DNA of 9,073 nt. Source: Octopus sinensis (taxonomy: Eukaryota). The stretch spans positions 1 through 9,073 of the forward strand of contig NW_021828180.1 of the NCBI RefSeq assembly GCF_006345805.1, written 5' to 3'. Of the stretch, positions 7,088 through 9,073 are shown piece after piece. The stretch's first letter is position 1, and each line of letters opens with the position of its first letter. Made by a program: the position numbers and the translations under genes. Below the pieces are notes generated by a model. It did not search any database and was not told the origin of the DNA. It was given only the letters and a program-made list of their open reading frames with translations.

Positions 7088-7609
7088 GTTTACTGGTATG
7101 AACATCATCCTGAGCCAGTCGTTGAAGGTAAAAATGTTATTATCCTCTGGAATTTTCCAGTCAACACTGACAGAACGATCCAGGCTAATCGGCCAGACAT
7201 AATTATTAAAGACAGGGAAGAAAATACTTATAGATTAATAGATGTAAGTGTTCCCACTGATAAAAATATATCTGTAAAGGAATTTGACAAACTAAGTAAA
7301 AAGTAAGGAGTGTTCCTGTTATTGTAGGCGCCCTAGGTATGATAAAAAAAGGGATGTCAGAAACATCTAGATAAGATCCCAGGTGAACCATGACTCAGAG
7401 AAATCCAAAAGATTGTACTGACAAGTACTGTCAACATCCTTAGAAAAATCCGATCCATTTAAATGTCTGTGTTGTATTACATGAAAATATTTAGCTACTT
7501 CACCTCCCCAAACTTTCAGTCATACTGTAACATCTATTATTCTTCACTCGCCCCAGGACACTGGGTGTGTCTCGGCGACTGACTGTAACAAACATGCAGA
7601 TTAAAAGTA
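7088..7609 (+). pseudogene. 5'-truncated R4/Dong-type non-LTR retrotransposon: restriction-like endonuclease domain plus 3' UTR
   Basis: 7094-7303 translates WYEHHPEPVVEGKNVIILWNFPVNTDRTIQANRPDIIIKDREENTYRLIDVSVPTDKNISVKEFDKLSKK*. From 7312 it reads VPVIVGALGMIKKG/CQKHLDKIPGEP*LREIQKIVLTSTVNILRKIRSI* (stop 7460-7462). Contains RLE motifs RPD..D and K..K, and VPVIVGALG. The 3' UTR runs into (TAA)n. Confidence 0.9.
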
Positions 7610-7622
7610 AATAATAATAATA

Positions 7623-7701
<79 letters not shown>

Positions 7702-7783
7702 TAATAGAATAATAATAATAATATAATAATAATAATAATAATAATAATATAATAATAATAATAATAATAATCATCATCATAAT
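7608..7783. repeat. (TAA)n microsatellite shared by the LINE 3' end and the SINE 3' end
   Basis: Direct reading; interrupted by ATAT variants and a terminal (TCA)n. Confidence 0.97.
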
Positions 7784-7927
7784 ACTTTCTACTATAGGCA
7801 CAAAGCCTGAAATTTGGGTGAGGGGGATAGTCGATTATATTGACCCCAGTACTCAACTTGTACTTAATTTATCGACCGCGAAAGGATGAAAGGCAAAGTC
7901 GACCTCGGCGGAATTTGAACTCAGAAC

Positions 7928-7930
<3 letters not shown>
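7784..7930 (-). mobile_element. tRNA-SINE family B, 5'-truncated just upstream of the B box
   Basis: CTACTATAGGCACAAAGCCTGAAATTTGGG...GATGAAAGGCAAAGTCGACCTCGGCGGAATTTGAACTCAGAACGTA is collinear with 6706-6855. Confidence 0.88.

Positions 7931-7980
<50 letters not shown>
7929..7980. repeat. Pure (TAA)n, ~17 units
   Basis: Direct reading. Confidence 0.98.
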
Positions 7981-8474
7981 TTAAGATTTTGTTTATATGC
8001 CAATCACTACAACTTTCTACCTGATATACTTTCAACCTGATCGTTTCTGTTCGGTGAAATGAAACTTTCTTTAACGTACTTTATATAATCTAGTTGGGGA
8101 AAATTTCTTTTGGATTCTGTCACAAGGTGCACTCAACGAAAGTATGCAATAATCTGCACATTGTATCTTCTCCGTCAGCAACTGATGGTATGCGGCTGAA
8201 AATGTTAACCGTATAGGTTTCTTTTGAAAAATCTTCTTCATACAGTTTTGGAAAGCATTCTTCAGAATAATGTACATTTATTTCTGTTTCTCGGGAGTCG
8301 GAGCTTCTTACGAATTTTAAAGCCAGTTAAATTACATTTCATTGTCAGATTTCGATGTCTTATAGATAGATTCTTCGGTCCAGATATCGAATCTGACCTT
8401 TTTGACTGGCCAACCCTAGCATATTGCTTATAAAGTTCTTTTGCAATTTCCAAACAAAAATAAAATGAATGAAT

Positions 8475-8620
8475 ATAACATACACACAAACACATATAGG
8501 AACATACTCAAACACATTGGAACACACATATACAATCACACACACACGCACACATACTTATACGAACTCACATATATATACGAATACACACGCACACACA
8601 TATATATTTATATATACAAA
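8475..8620. repeat. Degenerate (CA)/(TA) low-complexity tract
   Basis: Direct reading. Confidence 0.85.
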
Positions 8621-8939
8621 AATGTCATACTGTGACAATTGAAATGTAAAGCAAATTAGACTTTTGTTAAGATATGAAATTATCTGATACTGCTTATTGC
8701 CAGTGCAATGCTTAATACGAAGAACTGTATTAATATAGTGAATCCAAAACCTTATGTATTTCGTAGTGACTGTGTGGTCACCGCCACCGCCGCCACCTCC
8801 TAATGAAATAGAAGAGGCAATTTATTTGAAGTAGTCTTATGTATATGAACGTAGTATGATCTGAAAATAGATTTTTGTATGGTTTAACTAGATTTTCTTT
8901 TAAATATACGCCTATTAGTATTATTAGTATGGCAATAGT

Positions 8940-9073
8940 ATGTACACACACACTCACATATAAATACGTATAAGTGTGTTAGTGTGTGTATATTTATTTC
9001 TATATCTAAATCTATCTGTCTATATTCATTATATGCACACACACATATAATGTATATGCATATATATATATTA
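8940..9073. repeat. Degenerate (CA)/(TA)/(TG) low-complexity tract
   Basis: Direct reading. Confidence 0.75.

Noticed and set aside
6838-8040. Poly-N/I/L/Y ORFs
   Set aside because: Read-through of (TAA)n tracts and SINEs.

Overview
Repeat-dense, AT-rich eukaryotic non-coding DNA (intronic or intergenic). The SINE and mariner sequences look like those I recall from octopus genomes, so an octopod cephalopod origin is inferred but not checked. I find no intact protein-coding gene. Nearly all supplied ORFs are microsatellite read-throughs, and the rest overlap decayed retrotransposons or are unrecognised. Contents: two right ends of one mariner family; two copies of a CORE-like tRNA-SINE with an internal (CA)n; an RTE LINE 3' half split by a ~670-bp insert; a second RTE-clade fragment abutting (TTC)36; a possible piggyBac-type MITE; three copies of a second tRNA-SINE and an R4/Dong-type LINE 3' end, all nested in (TAA)n tracts; and many microsatellites. 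The least-explained structure is a 320-bp near-perfect palindrome (4853-5172) with no target-site duplication and a core of 22-bp repeats.
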